Positions 48,744-58,604 are shown, numbered from the stretch's first letter. The stretch: DNA of 64,000 bases from Planctomycetota bacterium (GCA_038231435.1 JBBRLJ010000004.1:1-64000), one strand, 5' to 3'. Notes: generated by a model not told the origin, from the sequence alone. Numbers and translations are program-made.

Positions 48744-49949
48744 ATGAGCCCGCACACCCCGGACATCGTGGCCGAGCACCTCGACGAGCTGCCCACCGAC
48801 TGCGCGCGGCGCATCGCCCTGCTCGACGACCCGCGCGCCTTCCCCGACCATCTGCGCGCGCTCGACGACATCATCGCCGCCAGGATCGAGGGCATTGCGC
48901 TCGCCGGCACCGCCGCCGAAAGCGCGCTCGGATCCGCTGCAGCCTCCGGCGATGCCACCGAAACCTGCGCGGCGGCCATGTGCTTGCTTGCGAGCGGCTC
49001 GCAGTCGGCCTGGGATCTCCTCCTCGGGGCGCTCGAGAACGGTGCCTGTGCCTGGCCAGGGATCGCAAAGGCCCTTATCTGGAGCAACGCCGAGCCGCCG
49101 GTCGGTGCCCTGCATGCGCTAGCCGACTCTCGGGTCCCATCTCTCGCTGTCGTCGGCCTGGTCGGCTTGGCCGCGCGCGGCGATGTCCGTGATCGCTCGG
49201 CACGCGTCGCGGCGCTGGCCGCCGATCCCGATGCGGAAGTGCGAGCGCACGCCTTCCAGTCCGCCGCCATGTCCATGCTGCCCCCGCCGAGCATGGATGC
49301 GATCCTCGCGGAGCGCGACCCCGCGACGAAATGCATCGCGCTCGATGCGGCGGCATGGAGCGCTGCGTCGTGGCTGCTCGACCACCACGCCCTGCGCAAC
49401 CAGGCGCACGCGCTCGCCGTCGCCGCGGCGGTGAGCCCGGCATCGTCCGATGATGAGCAGCATGCGCGATTCCTCGCGGCATGCTCGGATCCCACCCTCG
49501 GTGCCGCGCGCTTCGGGATCCTCGCCACGCTTGGAGATCCCTCGGTGGTGCCGGCGTTGCTTGAGGCTCTTTCCGATCCAGTGTCCGCGAATGCACTGGC
49601 CGCTGGAGCGGCATTCTCGCGCATGTTCGCCGCCGACATCGATTCGGAGCGCATGGTGAGGACATCTGCGGAGACCGCCGACGACTTCGAGCACGCCTTC
49701 GCCGACGCAGCGGCGCTGCCGGATCCCGACCTCGCCCATCGACTCTGGCGAGAACTCGCACCTGCGCTCGGTTCCGCCACGCGCATCGCCAGCGGGATGG
49801 ATGTCGGTCGACCATTCGACCTGGACGCCCTCGACCTGCGCTCCCGTCGCGAATGGGCGATGAGGCGGGCGTTCCACGGGCTCGGGGGGCCGGGAGCGGC
49901 GGACCTGGAAAGGGTCGGGTGCCATTCGCCGGCTTGGCGCGCTCGATGA
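48744..49949 (+). CDS. TIGR02270-like HEAT-repeat protein
   Basis: PDIVAEHLDE...LD..IAA.IEG, LG.P..VP.LLEAL, A.AAG.AF, LP.P...W, R...G. Typical last gene of DUF2169 cassettes. Confidence 0.75.
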   Translation: MSPHTPDIVAEHLDELPTDCARRIALLDDPRAFPDHLRALDDIIAARIEGIALAGTAAESALGSAAASGDATETCAAAMCLLASGSQSAWDLLLGALENGACAWPGIAKALIWSNAEPPVGALHALADSRVPSLAVVGLVGLAARGDVRDRSARVAALAADPDAEVRAHAFQSAAMSMLPPPSMDAILAERDPATKCIALDAAAWSAASWLLDHHALRNQAHALAVAAAVSPASSDDEQHARFLAACSDPTLGAARFGILATLGDPSVVPALLEALSDPVSANALAAGAAFSRMFAADIDSERMVRTSAETADDFEHAFADAAALPDPDLAHRLWRELAPALGSATRIASGMDVGRPFDLDALDLRSRREWAMRRAFHGLGGPGAADLERVGCHSPAWRAR

Positions 49950-49950
49950 G

Positions 49951-49985
49951 GGAAGATGGAAGACGGAACACGGAAGACGGAAGGC
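49951..49985. repeat. GGAAGAY heptamer tandem repeat (5 degenerate copies)
   Basis: ggaagat ggaagac ggaacac ggaagac ggaaggc, between convergent genes. Confidence 0.75.
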
Positions 49986-50085
49986 AGCGGAGTTCGCTCG
50001 CTCCAGGCCTTGTCCGCGGCGCCGCCGAGTGGAGCAACCAGCGAGGCGGCGGCAGCCGCGTCGCGAATGCCGGTACTGGTACGGT

Positions 50086-52782
50086 CTACTCGCCGGCGAT
50101 GACTTGGAGGTCGTCGAGCCTCCAGGCGAAGCCGCCGACCTCGAAGCGCAGCTGGCTGCCCGCTGGCACGCGTGCCTGTTCCCAGCCAGCGAGTGGCTGG
50201 TCGTCGACCAGGATCTGGAGGTTGCTGTCGCGGCAGGACAGGCGCAGGCGCACGCGCAGCTTGTCGGCACCGGCCGAACGCTCTCCCTGGGCCTCTTGAA
50301 CGCCGTCGGCCGTGGTGGCGCGGACGTGGATGAGCTCGGGATCGATGCGCACCATCAAGGGCACGTTCTCGCCACTGACGCATGAGATGACCGCCTCGCC
50401 CGACTCCTTGGCATTGAGTGGCCGCAGCTGGAGCGACAACGCGGCGCTCCACGACGCTCCGCCTACCGGCACGGTGCAGGCGATGCCGCAGGTGTCGTCG
50501 CCGACCAGCGCGCCCTTCTCGAGACGGGGCTCGCCCTGCAGCACATCGATGTACTGGAGATCGCCGATGTCGTCGAACGAGAGCATCGCGGCCTCGTTGC
50601 CGAGCAGCGCCTCCTTGCGCTTGAGTGCGTCGCCTGAGGCGAGCGCGGGATCGCCGAGCAGCCGCTTGGCCGCAGCGAGATCGTTGGCCCCGCCGGCGAG
50701 CATCAGCGCCGCCGCGGCAGGCACGCACGCCGCCCCCGAGCTCGACACCAGCGCGGATTCGGTCGCCTGCCAGGAACCCTTCCACATCGGCTTGGTCTTG
50801 GCGGCCTCGGTCACCATGGTGGCGAAGTTGCGGTGCAGGCCGGCGACCGGAGTCCCGGCGAAGGCGGGCTCGAGGGATTTCGCGAGCGGTGGCAGATCGT
50901 CGAGGCGGCCGGCCTCGAGCGCCTGGCGGGCGCGGCTGCGCGCTTCGGCGAGGCGCTGGGTGAGCTTGCTCAGGGCTTCCTGGTAGCGCGCTTCGGCATC
51001 ACCGCGCTTGCCGCTGAGCGCCACGTCGCGCAACGACGCGAGCTGGCGCAGGCGGCGCGGCGCGGCGGCGGCATCGGAAGCCGCGGGCAAGGCATCGAGC
51101 TGGGCCTGGTACCAGGCCTCGCCATCGCTGACCAGCTGACTGCCGCGCAGACGCGCAGACTGCGCCACGTCGCTAGTCGGCGCCTTGGCGTGGAGATCGT
51201 CGGTGAAGTGCTTGAGTGTCTGCTCGGCCGCGCCCCAATCGTTGCGGGCGGCGCTGGCATCGATGCGCGCCTTGGCCTCCTGCCAACGGGCGCTCCACGG
51301 ATCGCGGCCGGTCGTGGTACCACCGGTGATGGCGCCGGTGGTGGCACCGGCCGTGCCAGCCGCCACGACCGTGGTCGAGCCGGTGCTGCCGGTGGTGCCG
51401 CCTCCGGCGACGCCCTGCGTGGTCCCCGTGCCAGCCTGATCGACGACATCGGGCCGGTCGGGATGAGCCATGAATCGGCCGAGGTCGGGCAGCCCGACGA
51501 AGCCGATCACCATCGCCACCGCCAGGACCACCAGCAACATCATCGCCAGCTTCTGGAACTTCGCCGATTGGCGCTGCGTATTGCGCGCGCGCGCGCGCAC
51601 CGCGATCTTCTCGCGCGCCTGGGTCTCATGCGCCTCATCGGCGGCGTCCGGCGTCACCAGCTCGCGCAGTTCGCGCAGCGCGGTGCGCACTTCGGTCATC
51701 GATTCGTAGCGCCAGCTGACGTTCTTGTTCAGCATCTGCTGCAAGACCTTGTCGACGGCGAGCGGCAGCTTGAGGCGTTTGGCGACCTCGGGGACGGGCT
51801 GGCTCTCGTGCGCGGCCACCACCGCCTTGAAGTCGGTGCCACCGAACGGGACCTTGCCGGTGAGCGCGTGGAACAGCACGCAGCCGAGCGAATACACGTC
51901 GCTACGCACGTCGCTGGCGCCACCGCGCGCCTGTTCGGGTGCCAGGTAGAACACCTGCTTGGTCGCGGCGATGCCCTGCACCATGCGGCTTTCATTACCG
52001 CTCAGGCCGACCACGCCGATGTCGAGGATCTTCACGTGGCCGGTCTCGGTCAGCATGATCGTGGCGGGTTTGACATCGCCGTGGACCAGACCCTTCTCAT
52101 GGGCGGACTGCAGGGCCGCCGCCGCCTTCTCGATGATCATCAGTGCGAGCGGCGGCTCCATCGGGCCATCGCGCTTGAGCAGCTGCTCGAGCGTGTCGCC
52201 CTCGACCAGCTCCATGGTGTACCACAGCAGGCCCTGGTCCTTGCCGCACTCGTGGATCTTGACGATGCCGTCGTCGTGGATCGAGGCGGCGACGTTGATG
52301 GTCTTGAGGAAGCGGTCGGCGAAGCCGGGGTCCGACGAGGTCAGCCGTGGGTCCATGACCTTGAAGGCGACGCCGCGCTCGAGCGCGGTCTGGGTGGCGG
52401 TGTAGATGGTGCCGGTGACGCCGGTGCCGATCTTGCCGTCGATGACATAGCCGGCGATGGTGCGCCCGACCATGTCCTCGGGGATGCGCTCGAGGCGGAT
52501 CTCTTGGGTATGCTCGTTCACCAGGGTGATGCGGCTGGCGCCGATGCCGATGACGTCGCCGTTGTGGATGCGCGAACGGTGGGCGATGGCCTTGCCGTTG
52601 AGCATGGTGCCATTCGCCGACTCGAGATCCTCGAGCCACCACTCGCTCTCGAGCAAGAAGACACGCGCGTGATGGCGGCTCGATTTGCCGTCCTTGACGA
52701 TGACGCCGCAATCCTTCTGGCGCCCGAGCACGCACTCCTTCTCCAGGGGTACCTTCTTGTCCTCGTACACCAGATGGGCCAT
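50086..52782 (-). CDS. FHA domain + Ser/Thr kinase-like domain + TM + extracytoplasmic domain (probable pseudokinase)
   Basis: FHA motifs GR, SRHHA, DLESANGT. Kinase motifs IGTGVTG, VAFK, HGDVKPAT, DIG, YLAPE, SDVYSLG. TM segment LAMMLLVVLAVAMVIGFVG. Confidence 0.9.
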   Translation of the reverse strand: MAHLVYEDKKVPLEKECVLGRQKDCGVIVKDGKSSRHHARVFLLESEWWLEDLESANGTMLNGKAIAHRSRIHNGDVIGIGASRITLVNEHTQEIRLERIPEDMVGRTIAGYVIDGKIGTGVTGTIYTATQTALERGVAFKVMDPRLTSSDPGFADRFLKTINVAASIHDDGIVKIHECGKDQGLLWYTMELVEGDTLEQLLKRDGPMEPPLALMIIEKAAAALQSAHEKGLVHGDVKPATIMLTETGHVKILDIGVVGLSGNESRMVQGIAATKQVFYLAPEQARGGASDVRSDVYSLGCVLFHALTGKVPFGGTDFKAVVAAHESQPVPEVAKRLKLPLAVDKVLQQMLNKNVSWRYESMTEVRTALRELRELVTPDAADEAHETQAREKIAVRARARNTQRQSAKFQKLAMMLLVVLAVAMVIGFVGLPDLGRFMAHPDRPDVVDQAGTGTTQGVAGGGTTGSTGSTTVVAAGTAGATTGAITGGTTTGRDPWSARWQEAKARIDASAARNDWGAAEQTLKHFTDDLHAKAPTSDVAQSARLRGSQLVSDGEAWYQAQLDALPAASDAAAAPRRLRQLASLRDVALSGKRGDAEARYQEALSKLTQRLAEARSRARQALEAGRLDDLPPLAKSLEPAFAGTPVAGLHRNFATMVTEAAKTKPMWKGSWQATESALVSSSGAACVPAAAALMLAGGANDLAAAKRLLGDPALASGDALKRKEALLGNEAAMLSFDDIGDLQYIDVLQGEPRLEKGALVGDDTCGIACTVPVGGASWSAALSLQLRPLNAKESGEAVISCVSGENVPLMVRIDPELIHVRATTADGVQEAQGERSAGADKLRVRLRLSCRDSNLQILVDDQPLAGWEQARVPAGSQLRFEVGGFAWRLDDLQVIAGE

Positions 52783-52873
52783 GGCCAGGATGGTAGCGAC
52801 CGATCCGCTCTAGCCAATGCGCCGGATCGCTCCGCCGTTCCCCTGCCTGCCTCGCAGACGGTGGGCGGCCCGT

Positions 52874-53719
52874 TCAGCCATGGTTGAGGCGGCGGAATTC
52901 ACCAGGTGGAACGCCGAATTCACCGCTGAAGGCAGCATAGAAGCGCCCGAGCGAGCCGAAGCCGGAATCCAGCGCGATGGCCAGGGCGGTGCGATCGGTC
53001 GTCGCCAGCAGGCGCTGGGCGTGCGCGAGGCGCAGGCGCGTGAGGTACTTCCAGATGGTCATGCCGCAGCTCGAGCGGAACAGGGACATGGCGTAGTTGG
53101 GGTGCAGCCCCACGGCGGCGCCGATTACCGCCAAGGTCAACTCCTCACGGTAATGGTCTCCCAGCCACGATGCGATCGCTTCGACGCGGCTGCTCGCTCC
53201 CTGGTCGGGCGCCCTGCTCTTCGCGACGCGCGCCGCCGCGCGCGCGACTCGGGTGAGCCGGCGCATACGCGCCTCGACCTCGAGCGTCATGGTGCGGATC
53301 GCGAACGCCTCGCCCGTGGCGTAATCCGCCGCCCAGCTCCGGAACTGGTCGGCATCCCACGCCGTGCTCGACTGATCGAGGATGAATTCGCCGCGCAGCA
53401 GGCGGCGCATCGCGCTCGCGCCCAGATCCCAGCGCAGGAACTGCGCGAGCGGCACGCAGACCCACATGATCTCGGTGCCCGGTTCGACCGACACCGCCTG
53501 GTGCGGGATCGCCGCCCAGAACGCCGCGAGCCGACCAGGAGCGAGATCATGGAAGCGCCCGCCGAAGAAGTAGCGCATGCCGCCGCTGAACAGGAAGTTC
53601 AGCTCGATGTCGGCGTGTGCGTGGTCCTTGACCATCGGCTGGATGAAGCCGGTGCGCGCCCAGAAACCCAGGCTCGCCGCCGCATTCCGATTCGCGGAAG
53701 GAATCTGGTCGCGGGCCAT
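52874..53719 (-). CDS. AraC-family transcriptional regulator (MelR-like)
   Basis: H.H.DIELNF, FWAAIPHQ, GLHPNYAM.LF, IALDSGFGSLGRFY. Confidence 0.92.
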   Translation of the reverse strand: MARDQIPSANRNAAASLGFWARTGFIQPMVKDHAHADIELNFLFSGGMRYFFGGRFHDLAPGRLAAFWAAIPHQAVSVEPGTEIMWVCVPLAQFLRWDLGASAMRRLLRGEFILDQSSTAWDADQFRSWAADYATGEAFAIRTMTLEVEARMRRLTRVARAAARVAKSRAPDQGASSRVEAIASWLGDHYREELTLAVIGAAVGLHPNYAMSLFRSSCGMTIWKYLTRLRLAHAQRLLATTDRTALAIALDSGFGSLGRFYAAFSGEFGVPPGEFRRLNHG

Positions 53720-53723
53720 GCAC

Positions 53724-53787
53724 CTTAGTATCCGAGAGTGCCTGAACGCCAAACGGGAAGCCGCCGCGCGTGGCCGAGTATCCTGAC
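53724..53787. promoter_or_regulatory. Candidate AraC/MelR operator direct repeats (AGTATCC x2, 50 bp apart)
   Basis: TTAGTATCCGAG at 53725 and CGAGTATCCTGA at 53775, in the divergent intergenic region. Confidence 0.35.
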
Positions 53788-53865
53788 GAAGCTGGCGCAG
53801 TGCACACCAGCGCCATATTTCTCCCGCACCGCCTTCGGCGGGACCGCACCACACGAGGAGCACCC

Positions 53866-54774
53866 ATGCCCATCCGTAACACCAACGACGGTACCGCGCG
53901 CGCACCCTACCTGCGCTCCGACCTGAACATGGGCAACCTTACCGACCTGCCGAAGACCTCGAGCGGTCCGAAGGGTGATGCAGCCACCGTGCTCGCGGCC
54001 ATCAAGGCGGCGGGCTATCAGGGGACACAGGGTGGGGATCGCGAGCTGTGCCGGAAGCTCCGCCTGGGTTGGACCAGCGGCGGGCGCGTCAACCAACCCG
54101 GCGAAGCCGAACCGTTCGCGAAGTCCGCCAAGGACCAGGGAGCCGAATGCGCCACCCTGCACGTCGGCTGGGGCATGGAGTCCGACGCCGAGATCGACCG
54201 CCTGGTTGGCGCGATCATCGCCGCCTCGGAGAAGCACGGCGTGCCACTCTACATCGAGACCCACCGCGCCACCATCACCCAGGACCAGTGGCGCACGGTG
54301 AAGCTGGTCGAACGCCATCCCGAGGTCCGCTTCAATGCCGACTTCAGCCACTGGTACACCGGGCAGGAGATGAAGTACGGCGACATCACGGCGCGCTTCG
54401 ACTTCCTCGAGCCGGTATTCGAGCGCGTGCGTTTCTTCCATGGCCGCATCGGCAACCCCTCGCACATCCAGGTCGACGTCAAGGACGGCGCCCGTGGCGG
54501 CGTGGGGCTCGAGTTCGTGGACCACTTCCGCGAAATGTGGACGCGCTCATGCCTGGGGTTCCTGCGATCCGCCAAGCCTGGGGATTACATCTGCTTCAAT
54601 CCCGAGTTGCTGCACCCGTCGATCTACTACGCGCGACTGTTTCCGGACGGCAAGGGCGGCCTGGTCGAGGAGACGGACCGATGGCAGCAGGCCTTGGTGT
54701 TGACGCGAGTGGCGCAGGAATGTTTCGAAGAGGCGAAGAAGAGGATGGGGATGGAGAAGGCGGCGGGGGGATGA
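53866..54774 (+). CDS. Xylose-isomerase-like TIM barrel protein
   Basis: GAGGAG RBS, IETHRATITQD, FNADFSHW, HGRIG, PEL. Confidence 0.85.
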   Translation: MPIRNTNDGTARAPYLRSDLNMGNLTDLPKTSSGPKGDAATVLAAIKAAGYQGTQGGDRELCRKLRLGWTSGGRVNQPGEAEPFAKSAKDQGAECATLHVGWGMESDAEIDRLVGAIIAASEKHGVPLYIETHRATITQDQWRTVKLVERHPEVRFNADFSHWYTGQEMKYGDITARFDFLEPVFERVRFFHGRIGNPSHIQVDVKDGARGGVGLEFVDHFREMWTRSCLGFLRSAKPGDYICFNPELLHPSIYYARLFPDGKGGLVEETDRWQQALVLTRVAQECFEEAKKRMGMEKAAGG

Positions 54775-54830
54775 GGAAGGAGTGGGGGAAGATGGGGAAG
54801 ACGGAAGACCACAGACTCGAGATCAGACGC
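54775..54830. repeat. Degenerate GGAAGA-type heptamer repeat between convergent genes
   Basis: ggaagatggggaagacggaagaccacagactcgagatcagac. Confidence 0.55.
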
Positions 54831-54846
54831 TAGGTCACGAGGCCCA

Positions 54847-56376
54847 TCACCGCCGCCTCGACATCCCGCCCATGATCCCGCGCATGATCTGCCTGCCGAT
54901 CTGGCTCCCCGCCGATCTCATCGCCGATTTGGTCATGGCCTCGACCGCGCCCTGACGGCGACGCGTCCCGAACAGCCAATCCTTCACCGTCTGTCCGAAC
55001 CCTCCCTCCTCGGCTGCGGGTGTTTCCGTCGGACGTGGCTCAGGCGAACCGGAGACCGTGGCGCTCGGAGCCTGCGACGCTGGCCGCAGCGGCGCGACCG
55101 ACGCATGCGCGCGCGCGGCCAGGATCTCATGAGCGGACTCGCGATTGATGGCTGTGTCGTACTTCCCGCCTACCGGTGAGCGCGAGCGCACGGCGGAGCG
55201 TTCGGCGTCGGTGATCGAACCGATGCGGCAATGCGGTGGGCACATCACCGTCTGCTGGACCGGCATCGGGACGCCGCCCTCCTGCAGGGTCGTGACCAGC
55301 GCCTCGCCCACGCCCAGCCGGGTGATCACGTCCTCAACCTTGAACGCCGGATTGGGCGGAAAGGTCTCGGCGGTGAGGCGCACCGCCTTCTGGTCACGAG
55401 GGGTGAATGCGCGCAGCGCGTGCTGGATGCGGTTGCCGAGCTGGCCGAGGATCTCCTCGGGGACATCGTCAGGCAATTGGGAGATGAAATAGACGCCGAC
55501 GCCCTTCGAACGGATGAGGCGGACGACCTGTTCGACGCGGCGACGCAGCGCCGGCGGAGCGTCGTCGAACAGCAGGTGCGCTTCGTCGAAGAAGAACACC
55601 AGCTTGGGGAGATCGAGATCGCCGACCTCAGGCAGATTCTCGAACAGCTCTGACAGCATCCACAGCAGCCAGCACGAATAGAGCCGAGGGTCGAGGATCA
55701 GCTGCTCGGCGCAGAGGATGTTGACGATGCCGCGCCCGTTCAGGTCCTGACGCATGAAATCAGCGAGATCCAGCGCCGGTTCGCCGAAGAAGCCGCCGCC
55801 GCCCTGGTTCTCCAGCCGCAGCAGCGAGCGCTGGATCGCGCCGATCGATTGCGTGCCGACCAGTCCATAGCGTTGGGAGATCTCCTGGGAATGTTCGGCG
55901 ATGAAGCCGAGCATCGCGCGCAGGTCGTCGAGATCGAGCAGCAGCAGCCCTTGGTCGTCCGCGACCTTGAACGCGACTTCGAGCACTCCGCCCTGGGTAT
56001 CGTTGACCTCGAGCAGCCGACCGAGGAGCGCTGGACCCATTTCGGATACCGTGGTGCGGACCGGATGGCCCTTCTTCCCGAAGATGTCCCAGAAGATCGT
56101 CGGTGAGGCCTGGGGCTGGTGATCCTTCAGCCCGAGACGCGCCACCCTCGCGGCGAGCGCATCACTGGCGACGCATGGCTGCGAGAGACCCGCGAGATCG
56201 CCCTTCACGTCGGCGAGGAACACCGGCACACCCAGACGCGAGAAGCGCTCGGCGAGGACCATGAGGGACACCGATTTCCCGGTGCCGGTGGCGCCTGCGA
56301 TGAGCCCATGGCGATTGGCGTAGCGGCCGCGGAGAAAAACCTCGCGGTCGGATTTTCCGATGAGGATGTCGGGCAT
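54847..56376 (-). CDS. DUF853 / YjgR-family HerA-like ATPase
   Basis: ANRHGLIAGATGTGKS, DVKGD, FFDEAHLLF, RLIRSKGVG, QLGNRIQHALRAFTP. Confidence 0.93.
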   Translation of the reverse strand: MPDILIGKSDREVFLRGRYANRHGLIAGATGTGKSVSLMVLAERFSRLGVPVFLADVKGDLAGLSQPCVASDALAARVARLGLKDHQPQASPTIFWDIFGKKGHPVRTTVSEMGPALLGRLLEVNDTQGGVLEVAFKVADDQGLLLLDLDDLRAMLGFIAEHSQEISQRYGLVGTQSIGAIQRSLLRLENQGGGGFFGEPALDLADFMRQDLNGRGIVNILCAEQLILDPRLYSCWLLWMLSELFENLPEVGDLDLPKLVFFFDEAHLLFDDAPPALRRRVEQVVRLIRSKGVGVYFISQLPDDVPEEILGQLGNRIQHALRAFTPRDQKAVRLTAETFPPNPAFKVEDVITRLGVGEALVTTLQEGGVPMPVQQTVMCPPHCRIGSITDAERSAVRSRSPVGGKYDTAINRESAHEILAARAHASVAPLRPASQAPSATVSGSPEPRPTETPAAEEGGFGQTVKDWLFGTRRRQGAVEAMTKSAMRSAGSQIGRQIMRGIMGGMSRRR

Positions 56377-56490
56377 GGGAAACCTCGGGGTCGGGGAAGG
56401 AAGACGGGCGGCGGGCACGATAGCTCCGGGCCTGGCGATGCCCAGGGACGGGATGGGCCAGTCTCGTCGCGCGGTCGGCGCGGCAGTCTC

Positions 56491-56640
56491 GGCATTCGGA
56501 CTTCGGACTACAGTCTTCCGTCTTCCGTCTTTGGAATTCTCTCTCCGCGACTGAACGTCCGCTGTCGACGTCTTCCGCTCTGGATGAGCTTCGAGAAGAG
56601 GGAAGAGGGAGGGCCGAAGACGGAAGATCGCAGACGACAG
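56491..56640. repeat. Two opposed heptamer repeat blocks (TCTTCCG-type ... GAAGACG-type)
   Basis: ttcggacttcggactacagtcttccgtcttccgtctt ... gaagagggaagagggagggccgaagacggaagatcgcagacg. Confidence 0.65.
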
Positions 56641-56699
56641 CTGCAAGGCACAGCACCCGAGAGGCTGGGAAGCCGGTCTCAGGTCCCCACCGGACTCCA

Positions 56700-58604
56700 C
56701 TACTTCTTCGGCGGTGCTCCCTGCACTGGATGCGCTGGCTCGTCCAGCCCGTGGACCGTCTTTTCCCAGTAATGCGGCTTCACCAGGAGCTGCCACACGC
56801 CCTTCCAGGCCGCGATGCTGATCAACACCCAATAGGCCGGGCTGAGCAGCGCGGCCCACCACATGCCGCGTTGCCCGGGGCGACGCCCGGCGAGCGCCGC
56901 GATGACGATGAACAGCACGTTGCCCAGCAGCAGGCAGAGCGCGGCGGCGAAGAACACCTGGCTGAGGGTCGACAGCACCGGGTCCTCGCCGTGGCCCGAA
57001 TACACCATCTGCCAGCTCAGGCGATCCTTGTGGTTGTCGCGGGTGCTGAGGATCTCCCACAGGTGGTTGCCGCGCGACATGTCGATCGAGATCAGGGCCA
57101 CGTGGACCGCTGCGACCAGCCACAGCGCCAGGTTCAGCGCGGCCAGCGCGCCGACGCAGAACACCGACATCACAAAACCGAGGGCGCCCCACGGGCCGAG
57201 CTTGCGGATCAGCACGAACGGACGGCGAAACCACACGATGTGCGTGATCAGGTAGCCCTTGAGCCAGCGGCTGCGCTGGCGGATCCAGTTGCCGACACGT
57301 GAATTCGCCTCTTCCCAGGTGGTGCTGTCGAGGGTGAGCGTGCGATGCCCGGCGACGTAGAGGCGCACGCCGAGATCGCAATCCTCGGTGACGTTGAACG
57401 GATCCCAGCCGCCGACGTCGCGCAGCACCTGGGTGCGGAAATGGTTGCTGGTGCCACCGAGCGGGATCGGCACGCCAAGGCGCACCAGGCCGCCGAGGTA
57501 GCGCCGGAACCACACGTTGTATTCGAGCGCGAACCAGCGCGTCAGCAGGTTCTGACGGTGGTTGTGGTAAGCGAGCTGCGCTTGCAGGCAGACGACCTTC
57601 GGCCCGCTGGACAGGAAGGCGATGACCGCCTGCTTGAGCTGATCGGGATCGGGACGGTCCTCGGCGTCGAAGATCACCAGGTACTCGCCGCGCGCACGCT
57701 GCAGGCCGTGGTTGCAGGCGCGCGGCTTGGTCTTGGGCTGGGCGAGCGGGACGACCACGACCTCGGCCCATGGTGGGATGCCGGCGGCGGTCAATGCCTG
57801 CAGGGTGTCCGGATCGTCGGCCTCGAGCAGGAACTTGACGTCGAGACGGTCGCGCGGGTAGTCGAGCTTGGCGAGGCTGACCAGGATGTTGCGCGCGACA
57901 TTGCGCTCCTTGTAAAGCGGCACCAGCACGGTGTAGAGCGGCCAGCCGCCAGGAGGCTCATTCAGCGCGTCGCTGCGCAGGCCCTGATGTCCGCCGATCC
58001 ACACCGCGAGCGCGCGGAAGGAGAGCGCCAGGAAGTACACCAGGCAGAGCATGCCGGTGAGCACGCCGAGGCAGACCAGGTGGTCGTAGAACAGCAGGTA
58101 CAACACCGAGACCACCACGAAGCCGAGCCATGGCTCCTGGCCTGCGGGCACGCCGCGCGGGGCGACGCGCACGCCGATCGTGCTCACCACTAAGGTCATG
58201 ACGAACATGCCCAGCACGCAGGCGCGCGCGTTGCCGAAATGGTTGTTCATCCAGCGCACCAGCGCGGGCACGTCCTCGGGCATGGCCATCGGGCGTCCGG
58301 CGAGGTGCGAGCCGATCGCGCCACCGACCACGCAGGCGACGGAGCCGATCAGCACCCATGCCCACGACAGCGTCGTCCACGCGCAGGTGTCGCGATGCGC
58401 TTCGAGGTAGCTGCGCACCAGCGGATCGCCGCCCGCATCGGCTGGGATACGCACCAGCTGCTCGCGCGATTCGACCGCTGGCTTCGACTCGGCGACGGAC
58501 GCGGTGGGCATCGCACCTGTGACTGCCCCGGGGACTGTGCCGGGGGATGCGCCGGGGGATGCGCTCGAGGGTGCGCCGGTCGGTGGAGGCTGAGCGGATT
58601 CCAT
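56700..58604 (-). CDS. Membrane GT2 glycosyltransferase (cellulose-synthase-like, processive)
   Basis: YTVLVPLYKE, KPRACN, FDAED, GGTSNHF, TEDCDLG, QRSRW (QxxRW), multiple TM helices. Confidence 0.93.
   Translation of the reverse strand: MESAQPPPTGAPSSASPGASPGTVPGAVTGAMPTASVAESKPAVESREQLVRIPADAGGDPLVRSYLEAHRDTCAWTTLSWAWVLIGSVACVVGGAIGSHLAGRPMAMPEDVPALVRWMNNHFGNARACVLGMFVMTLVVSTIGVRVAPRGVPAGQEPWLGFVVVSVLYLLFYDHLVCLGVLTGMLCLVYFLALSFRALAVWIGGHQGLRSDALNEPPGGWPLYTVLVPLYKERNVARNILVSLAKLDYPRDRLDVKFLLEADDPDTLQALTAAGIPPWAEVVVVPLAQPKTKPRACNHGLQRARGEYLVIFDAEDRPDPDQLKQAVIAFLSSGPKVVCLQAQLAYHNHRQNLLTRWFALEYNVWFRRYLGGLVRLGVPIPLGGTSNHFRTQVLRDVGGWDPFNVTEDCDLGVRLYVAGHRTLTLDSTTWEEANSRVGNWIRQRSRWLKGYLITHIVWFRRPFVLIRKLGPWGALGFVMSVFCVGALAALNLALWLVAAVHVALISIDMSRGNHLWEILSTRDNHKDRLSWQMVYSGHGEDPVLSTLSQVFFAAALCLLLGNVLFIVIAALAGRRPGQRGMWWAALLSPAYWVLISIAAWKGVWQLLVKPHYWEKTVHGLDEPAHPVQGAPPKK

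Noticed and set aside
42502..49949. Complete T6SS or prophage tail locus
   Set aside because: No hcp, sheath, baseplate, membrane complex, capsid, terminase or integrase genes in the window.
48149..50785. 878-aa minus-strand ORF
   Set aside because: Low-complexity Arg/Ala-rich frame overlapping well-supported genes on both strands.
54847..56376. HerA-like ATPase as part of a HerA/NurA or Sir2-HerA defence system
   Set aside because: It is the widespread DUF853/YjgR type and has no partner nuclease or Sir2 gene adjacent.
54847..57771. 974-aa ORF as a large fusion ATPase
   Set aside because: The upstream 465 codons are an off-frame overlap of the GT2 gene plus intergenic repeats. The real gene starts at 56376.
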